A stretch of 64,000 nt of DNA, from the NCBI GenBank assembly GCA_002269645.1, contig NIVC01000593.1, positions 57,454 through 121,453 of the forward strand, written 5' to 3'. Positions 43,490-64,000 of the stretch are shown one piece after another (the first letter of the stretch is position 1; each line of letters begins with the position of its first letter). Both the position numbers and the translations under genes were made by a program. This stretch comes from Macrostomum lignano. Lineage: Eukaryota. Below the pieces are notes generated by a model. It was not told the origin of the DNA. It saw only the letters and a list, made by a program, of their open reading frames with translations, and made no database searches.

Positions 43490-44665
43490 GGACTCTTCCA
43501 TAACTGACTCGAATTCTCCCACAACTGACTCGAATTCTCCCATAACTGACTCGAATTCTCCCCATAACTGACTCGAATTCTCCCATAACTGACTCGAATT
43601 CTCCCCATAACTGACTCGAATTCTCCCCATAAGTGACTCCAATTCTCCCATAACTGACTCCAATTCTCCCATAACTGACTCGAATTCTCTCCATAACTGA
43701 CTCAAATTCTCCCATAACTGACTCCAATTCTCCCATAACTGACTCGAATTCTCTCCATAACTGACTCAAATTCTCCCATAACTGACTCCAATTCTCTCCA
43801 TAACTGACTCAAATTCTCCCATAACTGACTCCAATTCTCCCATAACTGACTCAAATTCTCCCATAACTGACTCCAATTCTCCCATAACTGACTCAAATTC
43901 TCCCATAACTGACTCCAATTCTCCCATAACTGACTCCAATTCTCCCATAACTGACTCGAATTCTCTGCATGACTGACTCAAATTCTTCCATAACTGACTC
44001 GAATTCTCTCCATAACTGACTCAAATTCTCCCATAACTGACTCCAATTCTCCCATAACTGACTCGAATTCTCTCCATAACTGACTCCAATTCTCCCATAA
44101 CTGACTCAAATTCTCCCATAACTGACTCGAATTCTCCCATAACTGACTCAAATTCTCCCATAACTGACTCCAATTCTCCCATAACTGACTCGAATTCTCC
44201 CATAACTGACTCAAATTCTCCCATAACTGACTCCAATTCTCCCATAACTGACTTCAATTCTCCCATAACTGACTCCAATTCTCCCATAACTGACTCAAAT
44301 TCTCCCATAACTGACTCCAATTCTCCCATAACTGACTCAAATTCTCCCATAACTGACTCCAATTCTCCCATAACTGACTCGAATTCTCTCCATAACTGAC
44401 TCAAATTCTCCCATAACTGACTCAAATTCTCCCATAACTGACTCAAATTCTCCCATAACTGACTCAAATTCTCCCATAACTGACTCGAATTCTCCCATAA
44501 CTGACTCCAATTCTCCCATAACTAACTCGAATTCTCCCATAACTGACTCCAATTCTCCCATAACTGACTCGAATTCTCCCATAACTGACTCGAATTCTCC
44601 CATAACTGACTCGAATTCTCCCATAACTGACTCGAATTATCCCATAACTGACTCGAATTTCCCAT
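43490..44665. repeat. 21-bp minisatellite
   Basis: Unit CCCATAACTGACTCGAATTCT; starts just after the CDK5R1 stop codon. Confidence 0.97.
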
Positions 44666-45199
44666 GAGTATTGTTCATCTTCAAAAACAGTTTTTCATAC
44701 GCTGTGTAAATCAAACTGCTTATTGATATCATCTGTAGACTTTGCGCTCCTCATTCAATTATTTGTGCACAGCTGTTTAAACACGATATATTCAATCGAT
44801 AATAAATTAGCAAGAAACGCCATTTTAAAGTACATCGACTTCAGCGCGTCGAATGGGCCCGGATTAGCAATCATCCGAGAGTCACGCGATGCTAATTTTA
44901 GAGATACGAGATAATTACCTAGTCTGGCGGAAGAGAAAGTTCGGCTCTATTTTAAAATTCCAGATCAATTCGGCTGGCTGGAACGTGAGGGATTAAAAAG
45001 AAAGGAAAATATAGATAATGATGACTGGGAAAGATGAAAATGGGCTGAGATGGTTCAAGCCTGTAATTTCATCCTGCGCTAAAAATATTTCCCTAACAGA
45101 TTAGTAGGAGAATAGATTTCTGTGAAACATATATTCTTGGCAAGTAGTTGCTTAGCCTCTTGCTGTCGCACAACCTCTAAAGCTCTTTCATCACCTTCA

Positions 45200-45830
45200 A
45201 GATGTGTCGCACCTAGATCTGTCACACTCTAGATCTGTCACACCCTAGATCTGTCACACCCTAGATCTGTCACACCCTAGATCTGTCACACCCTAGATCC
45301 GTCACACTCTAGATATGTCACACCCTAGATCTGTCACACCATAGATATATCACACTCTAGATCTGTCACACCATAGATATGTCACATCCTAGATGTGTCT
45401 CCCCTAGATGTGTCACCCCTAGATCTGTCACCCCTAGATCTGTAACCCCTAGATCTGTCACACCCTAGGTATGTCACACCTTAGATGTGTCACGCCCTAG
45501 ATCTGTCACACCCTAGATCTGTCACACATTAGATCTGTCACACCCTAGGTATGTCACACCTTAGATGTGTCACGCCCTAGATCTGTCACACCCTAGATCT
45601 GTCACACCCTAGATCTGCTACACTCTAGATCTGTCACACTCTAGATCTGTCACACCCTAGATATGTCACACCATGGATCTGTCACACCATAGGTATGTCA
45701 CGCCCTAGATGTGTCACACCCTAGATGTGTCACACCCTAGAACTGTCAGACCTACACTAAATCTGTCACTCTTGATCTGTCATGCTCTATTGGATGTGTC
45801 ACTCTCTAGATCTGTCACTCTGGTTCTATC
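45200..45830. repeat. 16-bp minisatellite (CTAGATCTGTCACACC)n
   Basis: Directly visible, degenerate at the edges. Confidence 0.9.
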
Positions 45831-46299
45831 ACGCCCGAGTTTCTTACCTGACTTTTCTTAAAATAAATGGGCACACTAATTGAAGAGAAATTTAAGATAA
45901 AAAATCAATGATAAAATTAATTTTCCAGCACTTAAAAGCGCCAATAGAAAATTTAAACTGAAATTTAATATTTTCGAGGCTTACAATCAATAAAAATCGA
46001 ATATTATATATTTATTGCATAGAGAGAGTTTAACATATTACTGGAGTAAAGTTAGCAGAACATTATTGCACACACTGCAGCAGTGTCTAAATTAGTGCTG
46101 ATCAATAGGGCAATGAGTGTTGAAAAGTGTGTAGTCGACACGTACTATTTGCGTGCCGAACGGTTCGGTAACGGTGCTTATCCACATAAAAAGTTTAATC
46201 AACGGCTATTGACTATCAAGGCTTGTTAAAATTAAACATATTTTTCTAGCAAATGAGATACTGCTCTAGAAATAGCTAACTAACGTATTCTTAGACTTT

Positions 46300-46710
46300 C
46301 TCATATCTACAGACACTCTCTGAGATCTACAGACACTCTCTTAGACCTATAGAGACACTCTCTGAGATCTACAGACACTCTCTGAGATCTACAGACACTC
46401 TCTGAGATCTACAGACACTCTCTTAGACCTATAGAGACACTCTCTGAGATCTACAGACACTCTCTGAGATCTACAGACACTCTCTGAGATCTACAGACAC
46501 TCTCTTAGACCTATAGAGACACTCTCTTAGACCTATAGAGACACTCTCTGAGATCTACAGACACTCTCTGAGATCTACAGACACTCTCTTAGACCTATAG
46601 AGACACTCTCTTAGACCTATAGAGACACTCTCTGAGATCTAAAGACACTCTCTGAGATCTACAGACACTCTCTGAGATCTACAGACACTCTCTGAGATCT
46701 ACAGATACTA
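46300..46710. repeat. 20-bp minisatellite (GAGATCTACAGACACTCTCT)n
   Basis: Directly visible. Confidence 0.93.
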
Positions 46711-46838
46711 CAGTCGATCTCGGACACAATGACAATTCTAAGAGTATAAAAATCGGGCCCTTGAAAACGGAGAGCTGACTTCAACATTTTAGTGAGAAAC
46801 GAACGCCCAAAAAGAGCTTTAATAAAGTCTACTAAGGC

Positions 46839-63832
<16,994 letters not shown>

Positions 63833-64000
63833 CTGTGCCAGGGATTCAGAGTTTGGAATGAGCAAACTGCTCAAATTAATGCTGTCAGCGCTGTCTACCT
63901 CAGTCCTCCTCATCTCCCCTTCTCTCTCTTCATCTCTCCTTCTCTCCCTCTCCCTCTCTCCCTCTCTCCTTCTCCCCCTCTCTCCCTCTCTCATCTCTCA

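Overview
Eukaryotic (animal) genomic DNA with two distinct parts. (1) Positions <1-14961 are a nearly complete Maverick/Polinton (adintovirus-like) endogenous dsDNA virus. Bases 1-60 are the exact reverse complement of 14881-14940, and the right end closes with the canonical ...ACTACT at 14956-14961. All credible genes are on the + strand. The right block encodes PLA2X, packaging ATPase, penton, a pX-like core protein, a conserved Polinton protein, rve integrase with chromodomain, a basic core protein, the major capsid protein and an adenain-like protease. The left block is unusual: two predicted intron-containing genes (one resembling an ssDNA-binding protein), a divergent TATA-binding-protein (TBP)-like gene, a pPolB remnant limited to its N-terminal region, and a dUTPase. 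A TATAAG(C) motif recurs upstream of nearly every gene of the right block and was not seen in the left block. Together with the TBP-like gene, this suggests an element-encoded late-transcription system, which is the main candidate for an undescribed system here. (2) Positions ~15000-64000 are host DNA with GC-rich exons separated by introns filled with different tandem repeats. They contain a cyclic-nucleotide-binding-domain gene (+), a PP2A B56 regulatory subunit (-), a SWIM-finger-like ORF (-), a CDK5 activator p35 homolog (+), the 3' part of a beta-heavy spectrin gene (-) and a tRNA-derived SINE. The host style suggests a repeat-rich invertebrate such as a Macrostomum-like flatworm (inference only). 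All protein assignments come from motif recognition by eye; no database search was run.
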